This document shows, one piece after another, positions 39,377 to 53,940 of a stretch of 64,000 nt of DNA. The DNA is from Yuukianura sp. NJ FZ-2021 (Eukaryota), in the NCBI GenBank assembly GCA_046563655.1, contig CM102290.1:12710001-12774000 (forward strand), in the 5' to 3' direction. How positions within the stretch are numbered: the first letter of the stretch is position 1; each line of letters opens with the position of its first letter. The position numbers and the translations under genes were made by a program. The notes under the pieces are model-generated. The model searched no databases. It was not told where the DNA came from and saw only the letters and a program-made list of their open reading frames with translations.

Positions 39377-39662
39377 CAAGTTTGTTTAAATTGAAATTTT
39401 GTATATTTCATTAACAGGTAATACCATAACTCCTCTTCTCTTTTCACATTTTTTAAACCGCACATCTGTCGCGGCTCCGTTGCGTTAGCAAGTTGAAATC
39501 AAAACTATCACTCAGCAACGTGAAAATTAAAAAAAATTCAAAAGATTGTTGTGAAAATCAACAAAATTGGTTAAAAAAAAGTTGTTTTTTTCGTGTTTTA
39601 AAAAAAAACGGAGTTATGGCATAACCTGTTAGCGCATTTGTATGGGCGCTATAGCAACCTTG
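39377..39662. mobile_element. CAAGGTT-MITE subfamily B
   Basis: Homologous to the 7800 copy; perfect 9-bp TSD CATCCAGCC. Confidence 0.9.
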
Positions 39663-41623
39663 CATCCAGCCCAAAACAAAAGTAATCATTATTGTTTTAA
39701 AAATTTTCAAAATACTTCTGGTTAAAATCCAGAAATGCTGGAAACTTGGCACTAGCGATGAAAGCAAACCTCAAAAAAAGCAAAATTTTAGTGCTAAATG
39801 TGACTTGTCACGAAAAGTTTGTTCGTCACGGTCACTTTTGGAGAGGAAAGGGAGAGTGTTGGGTTGTTTCTGGTTGAAGTAGTTGTGGAGACAATGACAT
39901 CATTCCAGAAATCGGCTGTCAATTGACATTCGAGTCTGGTCTCAGGTTTTCTGACATTGGCACTTGGTTATTCCAGCTCTCAATTCCCACTTAAGTCCAT
40001 GTCCCGTGAGTCCTGTAGCAGGCTGTTTGAAGGCATGCCAGTTATGTGGTCGGAATCCAACGCAACTCAAGTCCCCTGCGTGTCAGCACCACCGATGATC
40101 GATCCTTTTAGAAATATCAAGACTTATGGACGTTCACAACCAACATCAATGTAGGCTTCAGCTACACAAAGTCCCTGGGTAACCGGACACTCATGGACGG
40201 TAACGCATGGACAGGTGATTTCATGGACGGCCGTCTTAGGACGACCACGCATGGACGAGAGTCAGTTCTGTTCACTGTTCACCGTCCAAGAGCGTCCAGA
40301 ACTTGTCTCTCAGTGGCTCCAGCAAACGCCTGTGATGATGTCCTCGACTCTGTTAGCTGCTTATACTCAAATGGGAAAGAGCGAGAAAGCAAAATAGTTT
40401 TCCAGCCCACTTCTTCTTCTCTCCTTTACTTTTTCAAATTCAGAAGATTGTCTCGTCGTCTCTGAAAATGTTTAGAAAAGGCCATGAGCCTGTTCAACGG
40501 TGTTTCTAGAGTAGGGTTGACCAATACCACAACCAAATCACACGCACACACGCTCACTGTCACTATACTTGCTCCTCCTAGCGTCAACGGTTCCATTATA
40601 TTTGAAAAGACCTCCAGCTCAATAAAGACTCTACAAATACACGAAGCTTTGAATCCCAAAGCACAAAATCCTACTCCGCGCCCACCAACTTCCAAATCCA
40701 TGCTAAGCTCTTTTCAACAATATTTGAACTTTGGCTTCCTCGGCTTCTTAGGATTTTTCTTAGAAATGCAACTTTATGTTCATGGGATTCCGCTGCACTC
40801 CTTTTTCAAAAAATTCGCGATCATTTCAAAAATTTTGCGATCATTTCGAACATTTTTGGCTGCATTCAGTTCAAAAACGTTTTTGAACTGAAAAATGTTT
40901 GAGTCCACAGAAATTTTCGGTGGAGAAAAACTTTGAGTGAAAGAAATTTGAAAAATAAAATTTCTTCTCCTGTGAAAGAAATTTTGGTAAATGCACGAAC
41001 AGAAAATGTTCGTTTTGCTTTTTAAGTAAAACTTTAAAGTTGGTTTTTAGCTAAAACTGTTAAATTTTGTTGCAAAAACAGGAAAATGTTTACTGTTGTC
41101 ATGGTTGGAAAGTGGCCAAGTTCAGTACATGCTTGCACCACAACAGCCAGACGCCAAACTAATATTCAATCTGAAACGTGGAGGGTGAGAGACAGACATT
41201 TTGAAGAGGAATCCTCGGGAAGCGCCAAAATTTGAAATCTGCAGCAAGATCCTCAAACGTCTCCCCAGTGACAGTCTTTACGTCTCCGTCCAAGTCTAAT
41301 ATCCCAAAGGCATTAAAGGTAATGGGGGACACTCTGACAATGGAGCCTCATTATAACTGATCACTCCATTCCTGTCTTTTTCTCTGCACGGACACGTACG
41401 CTTCTCTCCGATCCTTAACTATATGGCAGCAGCAACAAGGTCCGACGAGGGGTCAGTCCTTCTTTTTTAACTTCCAAACTTAAAGTTTCCCGCCGTTTGT
41501 CCCTGGATAGTGATGGACTGGAGATGGGTTCCTGGAGTCCCCTCCAGAATAACTTCCAGAAGCCCCATTGTCCAAAAACTACTTTCTCCTCTCTCTTCTA
41601 CACCGAAAAAAGTGGGGATGAGG

Positions 41624-41868
41624 CAAGGTTCCTTGACAACCATGTACAACTCCTTAACAGGTTGCGTATTAACTCCGCTATTTACCAAAAAAAATAAAAT
41701 AACAAAAATATGAATACCATTGGTACCAATTAGTATGTAAAATTTAAAAAATGGGTTATAATGTTATGGTTACGATACCTTAAAATGCAGATTAACTTTT
41801 TTTGTAAAATAGAAAAAGAAACGTGTTATTACGCAATCTGTTATGGAAAATTAAATCAACAAACCTTG
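41624..41868. mobile_element. CAAGGTT-MITE subfamily C
   Basis: TIRs; body homologous to the 23981 and 38195 copies; TSD degenerate. Confidence 0.85.
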
Positions 41869-42679
41869 GGGGAGGGGGGAAACTGTTGAAAAGTCAGGGG
41901 GAGAGGATGTGACTTCAGAAGCCTATGAGAAGTCGATCAGTCTCTCCACACACACATCCAGAGCACGCATTGCCCAATTTCAGTTTTCAAAAAAAAGAGC
42001 GGGAAACTGTCAGGAGAAGGAGGCTTTCCATCATTCATTCTCCTGGAATAAGAAAAAGCCTTACATTTTACATTAGGTAGGCACAGGAGCAAGTCTCTCA
42101 AACTTCTAGAAAAAGAGTATGATTCAGCCAAACTGCATTTTATAAGAAATTCTTAACTTTTCAAAAGTGAAGTCTACAACCGTAGTTCCAGGACGCCAAA
42201 AAGAGAAGCGTTTCTATTCGAGTGAAGTTGATCTTAGAAACTAGAATGTAGAAAAAAGACTAGCACAGAAAAAAAAATTCCAAAATGAAAAATGGGAGCG
42301 GAATTTCTACTTTTGCTCGTACCGAGAAAGAGATCACACTCCTCGTAATAGTTCACATGCTAAAAGAATCTGAAAGAAGATGAAAAGGAACTGAAAGGAT
42401 GAACAGAATCTTTACAGACAAAAAAAAACTTTCGGTGTTGAAGAAACTAAGTAGAAATGAGCATAGTGCCTATCTCTGTTTCATCTACGAAAAGAAAAAG
42501 TGCGGAACATCTAGAGAAAGAGAACGTGGGAAATTTCATTTAAGAGAAAGTGAAAAATTTCGTATATAAAGAGAGGAATTTAAAAGCGGTGAAAGCTAAA
42601 AAGTTCAAAGTTGAAAAATTGAAATTTAAATATATGAAGAGGTGGATTTCAAAATTTTAACAGGTGGAAGAAAACAAAG

Positions 42680-42960
42680 TCTGAAAAAGTGGGAAATTTG
42701 AATCTCTTAAAAGAAGGGAATCTCAAACACACAAAAATGCATAACCATTCGAAAAAGTCGGAAATACGAAAGTTGAAGAATTGGGAAATACAAATTTCTA
42801 AAAAAGTGGGAACAACATTTTCTGAAAAAGTTGGAAATACGAATTTCTGAAAAGTGGGAAATAACAGTTTCTGAAAAAGTAGGAATTAACATTTTCTGAA
42901 AAAGTGGGAAATACAAATCTCTGAAGCATTGGAAAAATACAAATCACAGTGAAAATGAGA
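42680..42960. repeat. ~23-25-bp tandem repeat (TCTGAAAAAGTGGGAAATACAAAT)
   Basis: About ten degenerate units are visible. Confidence 0.85.
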
Positions 42961-43683
42961 AATGCAAACATTTCAAAAACTGTGAGAATTAAATTCAACT
43001 AGAAAGTGAGGGGACATGTGAGAAAGTGTAAAGTCTCAAGGTATAAAGAAGTAAGTGAAAAGTAGGGGAAAGTAATGAAAACTTTGAAATTTACAAATCT
43101 GACGAAAGGAGAAGAGTGGTAAATTTAAAAGCGAGAAGATTGATTCAAGAGTTGGGGTTTTGAAGGAGCGTTCTTAAGATTTTAAATATTTGAAGAGCTT
43201 ACGAATTAAGCACACCTTTCACTCACTCTCTGCTCACAGAGAGATGCTAAGATCTTATGAATATGAAAAGATGCTTGAAACTCAAAAACCAAAGGAAACG
43301 AGAAACCTTAGATCATGGAATCACCCATATTCCAATTCAAATCCTCATCGTCCTCCCGCCACTTTCCAAATTACGTTTCCCATAAATCTTGGAACTTTTC
43401 TCCGCTTTTCATTTCTCGTCTCTCTAGTACTAGGCAGAACCCAGAGTTCATAGACTTTAAGAGTTTACCTTACCCAAGACTCTCCATAGTTTACCATCAC
43501 TTTCTCAATTTTCTCGCTTCGAAACGACGAAAAAGACTTTTCCATGATGAAGGGGGAACGGGAGGGGGACCACGCAGAAGACACCAGAGAAAAGTGCTTT
43601 CTTTGCAGTTATGCTAATTCCCTCCTCTGAAACATTTATTTTCAACCTGTGCTGTTCTAACACCAAAGCGGCTCTGAATATGC

Positions 43684-43703
43684 AGGTCAAAGGTCAATGA
43701 CCC
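43684..43703 (+). promoter_or_regulatory. Candidate composite nuclear-receptor element: DR1 overlapping an IR1 (ecdysone-response-element-like)
   Basis: AGGTCA-A-AGGTCA-A-TGACCC; motif match only. Confidence 0.45.
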
Positions 43704-46105
43704 CTGAGACTTCGTCTTTACGCGGTTAGGTTATGCTTAGGTAGGTAAAGTGGTTAACCTAACCGCCTTTAACAGAGAACTTTCTCCTTTAAACAATATT
43801 CCGTTAACTTTCCCCTCGGCCTAGTCTGTAGCCTTGCTAAAAAAAAAGTTGTGCCTTTGAGCGTTTAGCTTTTTGGAGGTTGGGGCTGCTGTTTAAAGTA
43901 GGAAAAGTTCATAGGATTTGAAAATGGACTTGTTTTAAAAGAGAAAGTATCTTGAAAAAAGGAGCTTTTGCGTTCTTGGAAGCTGCTGCTGCTGTTTCGG
44001 ATTATCATAAATTGAAGACACCCTAAGTTAGGCTTTCCTGTTCTTATTTGCATTGTATAAGAAAAGTGAAGGATCAAAAACGCTCTCCCACCGTTATTCC
44101 CAGAAATTAAATTTTGAATTCAGAACCTTCATTTCTTATTACTCACGCCATATTTACTCTTTTGAAAATCTAATTTCAATTTTTCAAAATCCCCTTTTTA
44201 AAAAAAAATAAGTAAAGTGTTGACTTTAAAGGAGGAATGCGACCATAGGGAGTCTTGTGATATTGTTTTTCAATCTCAAATCTATGCGACAAAAAGAAAA
44301 ACATTATTTTTGGATGTTCAAATTGAAATACCTCCGAGTCAAACAGCGCTGCATACTGAGCGTTTGTGACGGCCTCCTAACAGCGTCGTTTCCGTTTATT
44401 CTTGGCGCTTCCATATTACTTATACGCCCTAAGACAAAATACGCCTTTCCGCAGAGTAAAATACTTCAAACAGCATTTCAAAACAGAGTCTCCTCTCCCG
44501 CAACACATCAAACACCGCATTTTTCTTGGTACAAAGTTGGACAAACAAAATCCAGGTCAAGTAAACTCTTCAGTTGGAGCGTAAGAATGACGCAAGGAAA
44601 ATGGCAATTTTTCGTTTTTCAAAAAAAGAAGCTTTCTGAAGTGTAACAGAACTAGACGTTTCTTCACTTTCTCGTTATTGCGCACAAAAAATTCTTTCAA
44701 AAAATCCGAAACTGAAATCCACTTTTTTCGGTTTTTTGTGTAAAGAAAGACGTTTCCGAAGACAAAATAAGTCTACATAAACTATATCTTCATATTTTGT
44801 TTTTCAGTTTTAAAAAAACTGGAATTGAAACTAAAGTTGACATTGCTTTCATTTTCTTCGTTTTTCAAAAATTTTTGTATTATTTTGATCTGAAATGAGA
44901 AGTCGGCAGTTCGTTCACGCTTTCGAAATTTTGTTTCAGGATTCATTCAAATTTTGGTTCTGTTTTGCTGCTATTAAAAATAGTTGATGTGCTAAACTTG
45001 TCAAAGTTTTGAAATTGGGTGAAAGTACGTTAGAATTTGAAATGAAAGTTTCTATGGTTTCTTTTTTCTTCAATTTTTTCCCAAGGTAAAACTCAAGTCT
45101 CACAGAAGGAGTTTGTAAATTAAGTTAAGACGCATGGCTTAGTCTGAAATTTGGAAATACTCTTAGTTAAATAGCGAATTTGTGCGTCAGAAGTTAGGCT
45201 AACAATTATGATAATTGGGTATTCACCAGAGGAAATGAGAGACTTCCAGCAGCTTCTTGAGCCACATCTTCACCAACTTGTAAATTCAGGAGGTTTGGTT
45301 GTGTTGGGATGGAAAATGGAAGGAAATGGAAAGTCCCAGGTGAACTTTCACTTTTGGCGGAGCAGGAGGTCTCCCCCGCCTGTTCTATTTATCTTGGGAA
45401 GTTCTTTGTATGCCGCATCCTCCATGCTGAGTCGACGGGGTGCCCGTGGTGGGTTTCGAACTCACAACTCCATGCCTTTCGCCTCTGACGAAAGTGTGAA
45501 AGGGCCGCCTGACGCTCCGAATTACGATCACACAAGAACTTTTCGTCTCTCTCTGCGAGACCTCCGAAGGCCCCTGGGAAGGGACGGGATCACGGACTGA
45601 TTCAGGTCACAGGTTCTGATCGACGCACACACAGGCAGCTTCTCCGCAGATAGATCAAATCCCATTATTCTCACGTTATGGGAACCAACCAAACTGCACC
45701 TTTGTAACGAACAGAACGGATCTGAGGAGGTGCGGCTGGGGAAAGTAATTACGGAGACGTACTTTCTTTCAGCGCCTTTCTCTCTCCTCTTCTCATCAAT
45801 TACCAAGTTATTAGGAAAATCTACTTCACTAGGCACCCCCTCTACTCCACCGAGGTAATGGAAACCGCCCAAATTTCAAATTAATTCTCTCCCGCATTTT
45901 TCCTTTTGAGGAAAAAACGCAAGATTCATCGACGGTGAAAACAAATCTCGGGAAACTCTTAAGAGATTAAATTCTCTCTTCCATTTTGTCACGGGTTGCA
46001 CTTATGGAACGCATTCCGTTGTACTAAAATAACCAACGCAATAGTCTTTTGAACCATTTTGGCATCAAATTAGTTACGTTAGGCTCAATTATGTTAGGTT
46101 ACTTA

Positions 46106-46583
46106 CGAGGAGAGGCTTTCAGCCGTTTCTCAAAATCAATTATGGGAATAGTCACAAAAAATTTCTTATAATAAAAGAAAAATTTTGACACTATCTTCGT
46201 TTCCCAAAAAACAGTTAACCCGAGAGCGATTCGGATCACGGCCACACGATGAAAGTATAGGTTTAACATTATAAATTTGTTTTTCCAATTTTAAAGTTGA
46301 AATTTAAAGTAAAGTTTAAAGCACAAATGTTAAAATAATTTCCTTTACCAGTTTAATGGTCTGTTTACGAGGTTTGGTTAGCTTTGGCTTTTGAATTCTT
46401 AATAATTTTGATGTTTTTATATAACGTGCATACCCGCCTGGTGTCCGATCACACCTAGGGCAAACTTTTTTTTTTCGCGTTATGGAATGAAACTATAGTG
46501 TCACAATTTTTCTTTTATTATCATAAATTTTTTGCGACTAGTTCCGTAATTTATTTTGAGAAACGGTTGAAAGCCTCTCCTCG
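46106..46583. mobile_element. MITE with long (~85 bp) TIRs starting CGAGG, Tc1/mariner-like
   Basis: TA|CGAGGAGAGGCTTTCAGCCGTTTCTCAAAAT... versus ...ATTTTGAGAAACGGTTGAAAGCCTCTCCTCG. TA on the left only; superfamily is inferred from the TA-CGAGG end. Confidence 0.8.
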
Positions 46584-47602
46584 TTAGTGAAAGTAGGTGA
46601 CAGCACATTATGCAGGTAACGCTGTTTTTGGTATGCTGAGCTTTTTAATTTTTAGCTTGGTGAAGTAAGTTATGCTGGTAACGTTGTTTTTTGATTGGTT
46701 AAACTTCAAATTTTTACTTTGGTGAAAGTATGTTAAGGTAAAGAAGGTGAATTTAAGCTAGAAAGTCAGCGTAGCAGAGAAAGTGAAGGAAAATAGCCGA
46801 CCCACGTTCGTTTACTTTTGGTTAGGCCATGGCGCGGTTAGGAAGGAAGTGAAAAGTAAGACAGACTGTTTCAATTACTGTTTAATAATGATCCTGTGTG
46901 CTGTTGCCTGTCTTTCTAATTTCATCCTTCACAGTCAGTGCGTATCTCCACTTTCTCTTTTTCTTTTCCGTGAGAACATGGAACATTCCTTTTGCTTTCT
47001 AACTTAAAAGAAGATCTGGAAGAAGCGGTGTGTTGGGTTGGAAATGGAAAGCTGTGTGCTTCCACGCTGTGTTATCCACGCCTCAGCGTCCAGTGGATCC
47101 CTGGCAGATGTGTTTCTATCAAAGTACAACAAAGGGATTCAGAGAGAGAGGAAACTGAAACTTTCTTCGAAGATTCCGCTGGAGCTGGATTAAGAATAGC
47201 AGGAGAAATTCTCCATTTCCCGCTCCAACCGGGTATGACTCCCTTCCATCAACACTCTTCCTCCTCCTTCTTTGGAAAACCAACACCGTGGCTTAACATA
47301 ACCTAACCTTATCTGAGGCCCTACAGACCCCGGGCACCGGACTTTCTCCCTTTATCATTTCAGAAGCGGCTTAGCACACCCGAAACACTCCACTTTCCTT
47401 TACAAATCCATCCACCCACAATAACACACAGGGACAATGAAAGAGACGAACAGCAAAACGGAAGAGGAGGTGCACGAGTCTAACTTAACCGGCACAAATC
47501 GCTAAACGAACTTTCTCCGCTTGCTAATCCAGTCTAATCACTCTCTGCCGAGATGGCGAAAGTGAAAAGTCAAGTCGTAGACCAGAAAATTAGGTTGCAC
47601 TA

Positions 47603-47923
47603 AGGATGCCTTGCATCCAATGTAACCATATCTAGAGTTACTATCTCCGCTGACAAATTTGTGACAACGCAGTTTTTACCATAGAGTGGTAACTGTAATC
47701 GGCGGTTTTTATTAATAGGTTTTCACTCCAGGCTAATCTGGACAACGGTTACACTTGTAACCACTGTAACTTGGTCGCTGTGACTTGTAACCTGATATTT
47801 TTGCATCCACCAGTGGTAACAAGCGGAGAGTTACGATGAAGATTTCAGATTCACACTGTATTTGAATTCGTCATAATAGGAATGGTGGCTATTCTAGGGG
47901 TTACAAATGATGCAACTCATCCT
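47603..47923. mobile_element. Small TIR element flanked by TA
   Basis: TA|AGGATGCCTTGCATCCAATGTAACC versus GGTTACAAATGATGCAACTCATCCT|TA; internal GTAAC/GTTAC motifs are repeated. Confidence 0.65.
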
Positions 47924-48735
47924 TACTTCAACCAAAAGTTGTGCAGAGACAGAGAGATGGGAAAGTGGCTTGTATATTTCTGCATATTGTTAGAGATTAA
48001 GTTTGGAAAGAATCTGACTCAGAAGAGAGAGACAAGTCTTGATCTTGTTATGATCTCCACTGAAAAACTTTTCTCAACTAAAATGGATCTGGGTGGAGCA
48101 CAAACTTCAGAAAAGTCACAGGAATCTTAGTCAAAGTCTTACAAAATCCTACATTTCTGACAACTACTTTTCCAAAATTTTAGTTTTTTTTCGAATCTTC
48201 TCCTCTGAGATCCGGAAAACTTTCTTCCTCGCTCTTCCTCTTTTTCTTCTCAATCAACATCTTCCCCCTCCCCTCTCTACTTATGTCATCATCATCAAAT
48301 CTCACTACTTTTATCTCAATTGCTTTCTCCGCCTTCTCATCATCTTTTCTTTGAAACTCCTTCTCTCCAAATCCGACTAAACCAACAAATTTATAAAATG
48401 CGGCAAAAAACTACTGTTCAAACGAATGGAGTTTCACAATAAGATGGAAATCAGTCTTTTCAACGCTGATTTTACTCTTGTTGCCAAGCAACGGTTGGTG
48501 CAAACATTAACTTTCTAGAACTTGCATATCTATCTTCATAAATTTGATGATGCAATTCCCTTGGCGTCAATTTGACAATCTTCCTTCTAAAAATTCATTC
48601 AACAATACTAATGATATGAAAAAACTGAAATAACACTATTGTCCACAGCTAATAACGGATTTAAGTAAGTTTAATGTTTAGGCGGATCGCCTCCAACTCT
48701 GATCTGGTTTTCGATTCTAGTTTGATCGACACGGT

Positions 48736-48999
48736 CAAGGTTTTTCGACAACGCAATTGTATTTCCTATAACAGGTTGTCTATTAACTCAAGGTTTTTAA
48801 AAATCTGCTTCAAACAACTTTTAGCTCCAATTTAGTTCCAATTTTGTTTAAATACTTTCCCTATTTTTTTTTCAAACTCATGAAAATGGAGGTTAAGTTT
48901 AACTCGTTTGGTTTTTCAAAATTTTGGCAAAAAATTGAGAACCTTGAGTTATTGTACATCCTGGTGTAGAAAAAATATTTTCTTTGTTTACGAACCTTG
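48736..48999. mobile_element. CAAGGTT-MITE subfamily A (long form with internal deletion)
   Basis: TIRs; perfect 8-bp TSD GACACGGT. Confidence 0.92.
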
Positions 49000-51900
49000 G
49001 ACACGGTTGACTTTATGTAACATTTGATCTCTTATTTGTAGTGTTAAGATGTGAAGTGTGATTGTGTAAGCTTTTGAACAAGTCCGCATTGAAGGTAACG
49101 AAGTTAAGTGTAACCTTGGAAGTTTAGATGGAAGTGAGAGTGATGTTAGAAGAGATGAAGTGATGCGTTGCATTTAAGGTCCTAATTTGATTTTGATTGG
49201 TTCGATGGATGAGCGGATTGATACAAGAAAACTTTGACTTTCTTGTTCCCTTTGAGTCGTTTCTGGACGGAAGTCCCTCTTTTTCTGGATTCTGGAAACA
49301 TAGGCTATGCTTGGTGCTATAACGTGCTAAATGCTAATGAAATCTTCGTCGTCTTGAGTCTCTCTCTCTTCTAGAAGAGAAAGCGGTGAATCCTTTGGAG
49401 AAGATCAATAATTCTTTTTGGGAGTTCGCAAAGGAAGCGGAGCGTATTCAGGAAGTATGAAGCGAAGAGCAGAGTAATGAATGGAGCTTTCCGCAGCGCT
49501 GTTTCTCCAGTTCCAGGGCTCCAGCTAGCTCCTTTCTTCAAAATTTTGAAAAAGTCGTCAGCAGGCTGGCTGTGAGGTTAGGTCCAATTTCTCATCTCCA
49601 GAAAATTCTGGAGGTTCTGGAGAGTAAGCTTTTGTTGCCACAAACAGGGGACAGGAGTCTATTAATTTCTTCTCCAGTTTCTCAACTGCATCGGTTGACC
49701 AGTTCTGGGCAGAGGAAACCGGATGTTTAATAGTGACAAATCATTCATGGGCAATAGCGTCTTCCGACAGGTTTAAAACGACAGGAATACAGTTAGGAAT
49801 GAAATTTCAAAACCAAAGAGCCCTCAGAGGACTTGTGCACGATTACTTTCCTTGAAACTGTTCCAGGTTTTTGGATCATAACGTCTTGGTTAAGGTTACT
49901 CACGGTCACACAATTTTTTTTTAAAAAACAACAACAATAACACAAAAATTTCTCTTAGAAAAACAACAGAAACACATAATTACATGTTAAATTAGAAATC
50001 TGAAGCCCAACTCAATCAATAGAATGAATCAAAATCGAAATACTCTCAAAAGCTAAAAAAAATTGGCCTAATACGCTAACAAGCTCAATTTCCAAAAATA
50101 CAACTGAAAAATAATATTTGCAAAAGAGCGCGTGATATGCCAGGATTTAGGGTAAATGTAAATAAATTTAAAATTTTTTCAAAATTTTGTCCTCAGACGA
50201 ACGTCTGAAGGAAATGAGAGGCTAGCTTGCCTTTGAAAAGAAAATTTTGGTGAAGTTTAATGTAAATTTTGGGCTACTTTGATTGGAATTGAAGTGATTT
50301 TTGTTAGTTTCCCGAATCTAAAAAAAAGTTTAAAAAAAATTGGATTAAGACATGACAAGGAGAGTTTGAGTTTGAGTTGTGAAGGCGTCCTGAGATGATT
50401 GGAGTTTTTGAAAGGGAAAGTGAAAGTCTTTCACTATTTGTCCAACTGAGGAAACAATGGAGGCAGAAAGGGAAGATGTGAAGATGGTGAGAACGGAAGA
50501 TTCAGCAGACTTGTACAAAAAGATATTTTCAAAAAAAAAATTCAGTGAATGCTTTCTTGTCAGGAGACTCTCACAAAGGAATAAAATTTTAAGAAGAAAT
50601 CCTCCTTTTTCTTTCTCTTTTATCCTTTGGTCGTCGTCAAAAATACTAAAGGAAACCAAGCTTCCGGAATCTGTTACACTTCCTTTCAGCCGTTTTCTCC
50701 TTTTCAAAATGTTTAAACTTTCAACCACCCGCCACACCACTAACAAAACCAAACGACAGACAAAAAAGAAAAAAAATGCTCTAAAAACAAAAGGCGACAA
50801 AAAATTGTGCTGATACGACGCAAACTTTCTTTTACAAAATTCAATTACGGTCATTAGGCTTAAACTTTTGTTTAAAAAACAAAGAAAAGGAACTGTTGAA
50901 GCACAGTATTAAAAACAATTTTTGAATTTTGAAAAACAAACTTGAATTTTAGAACGATTCTTAACAATTTGTTAAAAATTCTTCGCTAACTTTTCAAAAA
51001 TGTAACTTCACTTTTAAATTTTGTTTATATCTGTTTTTGTTTGAAAATATCTGGTTTTTTTTTTTTGGAAACTGTTCACAAATTTTTTTTTGTTATTTTT
51101 AGAATGTGGCAAAAAGTTCTACCTGTTTTTTTAAACAAAATATTCAAACTCAAAATACTACTCATGAGTCTATTAAGCTCTAAAAAATGTTCTTGTTTTT
51201 TGTTCAAAATCTGAAATTCAGTTTCAACCGGTGTTTAAACTTTTCATAAATTTTGTTTTGACTTAAAGGTCACTCAAGAGCATAATTCTGAATAGTTTCG
51301 GAGCTACTGAAGCTTTTAGTGGTGGAGCAGAGCCACCGCAGATGACTTTCCCCGTGTTTACCGTGGTGGCTACCCTAAAGTTCCTTGATTGAATGAAAGT
51401 TATTCCGTTGCGGTAAAATCGCTGCGGGCTCACTTGATTCCTGGCGTCCTTCCTTCCAGGCCTAACATTAAAACTGGAAATCCCTCTCTGCTGCTGCAGA
51501 ATGTAGAACTGGAGTATTCCAGGATTTCAATTTACTCTTTTCCAGGAGAGAAGTTTTTAAAGAAAAGCAATTATACGGAACTCTGGGGATCCTCTACATT
51601 TAATTTCCCCAACCCTACTGCATGGGGATCCATATGAGGTGGAACTGGAAGTCGTCAAGGAAGTCCCCAACTCAACACCACTTCCTTCCGTCTCCACTTT
51701 TAAAGTTGGGCGCTTTCGAACGACGCTGAAAACGTCAAGTCGAACCGCCAGAGAAAGTTACGACCTTGGAACAAAGTCAATTCGGACTCACTCCGCCCAC
51801 AAACCTATTGTGAAATTTGGAAGGACGTTGTTTTGAGACCAAAAAGGAGGCAAAAGCAGTACATGTCATTATGTAGCGGATAAAAATATCTCGGATAAAA

Positions 51901-53765
51901 ATATCTCTTTCAAACTACCCTAACATATTTGATTCAAAATATCTTCGGGATATCTTATTCGGCATATCACAGTAATGTTTTTGGTTAAAATGTGACTGCA
52001 GCGTCCCCGTTTTCCCAGCGTTTTGAATTAGATTCCTGAACTGCAATGGACGGTAAAATTTGCACCGATAACATTTTTCATGGAATTTGACGGAAATTGA
52101 TTGGAAATTCATAGGGTAAGGTTCTCTGCGTCCATAAGTGTAACTGTCGTTTGAGATAGTAATGGTTTACAATTGTCCGTCCATGAACGTCCGGTTACGC
52201 TCTAAATGTAAGACACGAGCCTATACATGGGCTGACGGGAACTTCTCAATAATTTAACAAAGAAGAATCTCCACCATTACGAAATTGCATTGCAGAGATT
52301 CCATGGTAGAAGAGAGAGAAGTAATTTATGGAAGGAATCGGTGCAGCGTGAGCAAAAGTGGAATATTACCCATCTTACTCTCTATTTGCTTTAGTTCAAC
52401 AAAAAACTTATTTTTTCAAAAAAAAAACGAAATTTAAATCATCCCGCTTCTGTTGACAAACTTTGTTTGTTTCCCTCTTCTCTGCAAATCAAATCAGGAT
52501 TGATTAAAATATAAACTTAACCTGCTCTGCAGAGCTCTCTTATCAACAAAACTTACTCAAACGAACAATTTCAAAAAAAGTTTGATTTTTCAAAAATTCC
52601 GTAAAAAAAGAAGGAAACTTAAACAAAAACAATTTGAAAAGAAATAAAATTTAAATGAGATAAGCTTGATTTAAAAAAGTTATTTTCCGAAAAAACTCAA
52701 ATTTTTCAAAAAAAAAAATTTCAATCCGTTTGGAAAAGTTGAGTTTTGAGACAAAAAAAAACAAACAAACAAAAGTTAAATAGAAAGAACTTTTATGGGA
52801 CAGATTGGTTTTTTTAAAGTTCTTTAATTCTAATGGTGAAAGTTGAGCTCTGAAAAGTACTACTTACTGTTTTACTTAAGTTGCGGATAACGTTCAATTT
52901 TTTGAAAAACACAAGTTTATAGCTAGGTTTGACTAAATTACTTTGATTTTTTAAAAACTAAGTTTTTAGAACGAGCCTTCCACTATTGTTTTGAGCAAAT
53001 TTAATTTATTCCAAAAATGGAGATTTCATTGTGCTGGAGAAAGTTGAGCAATTCAAACACCATTTTTCTTATTGTTCTGCAAAAAGCTGTGACGCTTTTC
53101 TAAATTGGAATTTCAATCATTCCTACGAAAAATGGACTTTTTAAAATTGTATTTTTAATTTGGTGAGTTGATTAGAGCGTAGGTGTAAATAGAGAATGAA
53201 ATGGCCTTCTGACTGCCATTTGGTCCATTAGAATGGGAGTCTTAGGAAGTGCTCATTGTTACAGCATTTTGAGAGGAAGCCCTTGACAAAGGCTCTCCAT
53301 TTCCAGAATGGTTTCTGCAGCGTCTCCTTCCAGTGCCTGATTCAGAAGGGATGGTTCTCCAGCGTTTCCTGATTCAAAAGATAGTCATAGTCCATATTAA
53401 TGCCAAGTCGGCAAGAGCCATTAGGCTTTGTTCCTTTGCTCCTCACTGCTCAATTCATGCCTGTCTTGCTCATAAAGTGCCGCCTTTGTTTCCTTAATGG
53501 ACACCGCTCTCCACTACGAACTTCCAAGATCAAGATCCGCAGTTGCACAAAAGTCAGATTCCATTTTCAAACCTAACAATAGTTTATTGAATGACCTACG
53601 ATCCGAATCTCAGCACTCGGACTCTATTCTGAGGCTTCGCAAGACAGATTTCCACAAGTCTTAACAAACAATGAGCAACATTCCGGATTGTACCATTCGA
53701 TCAATCAATAAGTTTTGAATACAAATTCCAAAATTCCAGAAGGGTAGAAACTGACAGTTCCAATT

Positions 53766-53940
53766 CCAACAGAATTTCGGCCCAACAGTAATTTGATCCA
53801 ACAGAATTTCGGCCCAACAGTATTTTGTTCCAACAGAATTTCGGCGCAACAGTATTTTGATACAACAGAGTTTCGGTCCAACAGAATTTCGGCCCAATAG
53901 AATTTCGTTCCAACAGAATTTCGGCCCAACAGTATTTCGG
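53766..53940. repeat. 16-bp minisatellite (CCAACAGAATTTCGGC), ~11 units
   Basis: Directly visible tandem array. Confidence 0.93.

Noticed and set aside
42680..42960. Cluster of Su(H)-like GTGGGAA sites
   Set aside because: Part of a tandem repeat and lacking the 5' pyrimidine of YGTGRGAA.
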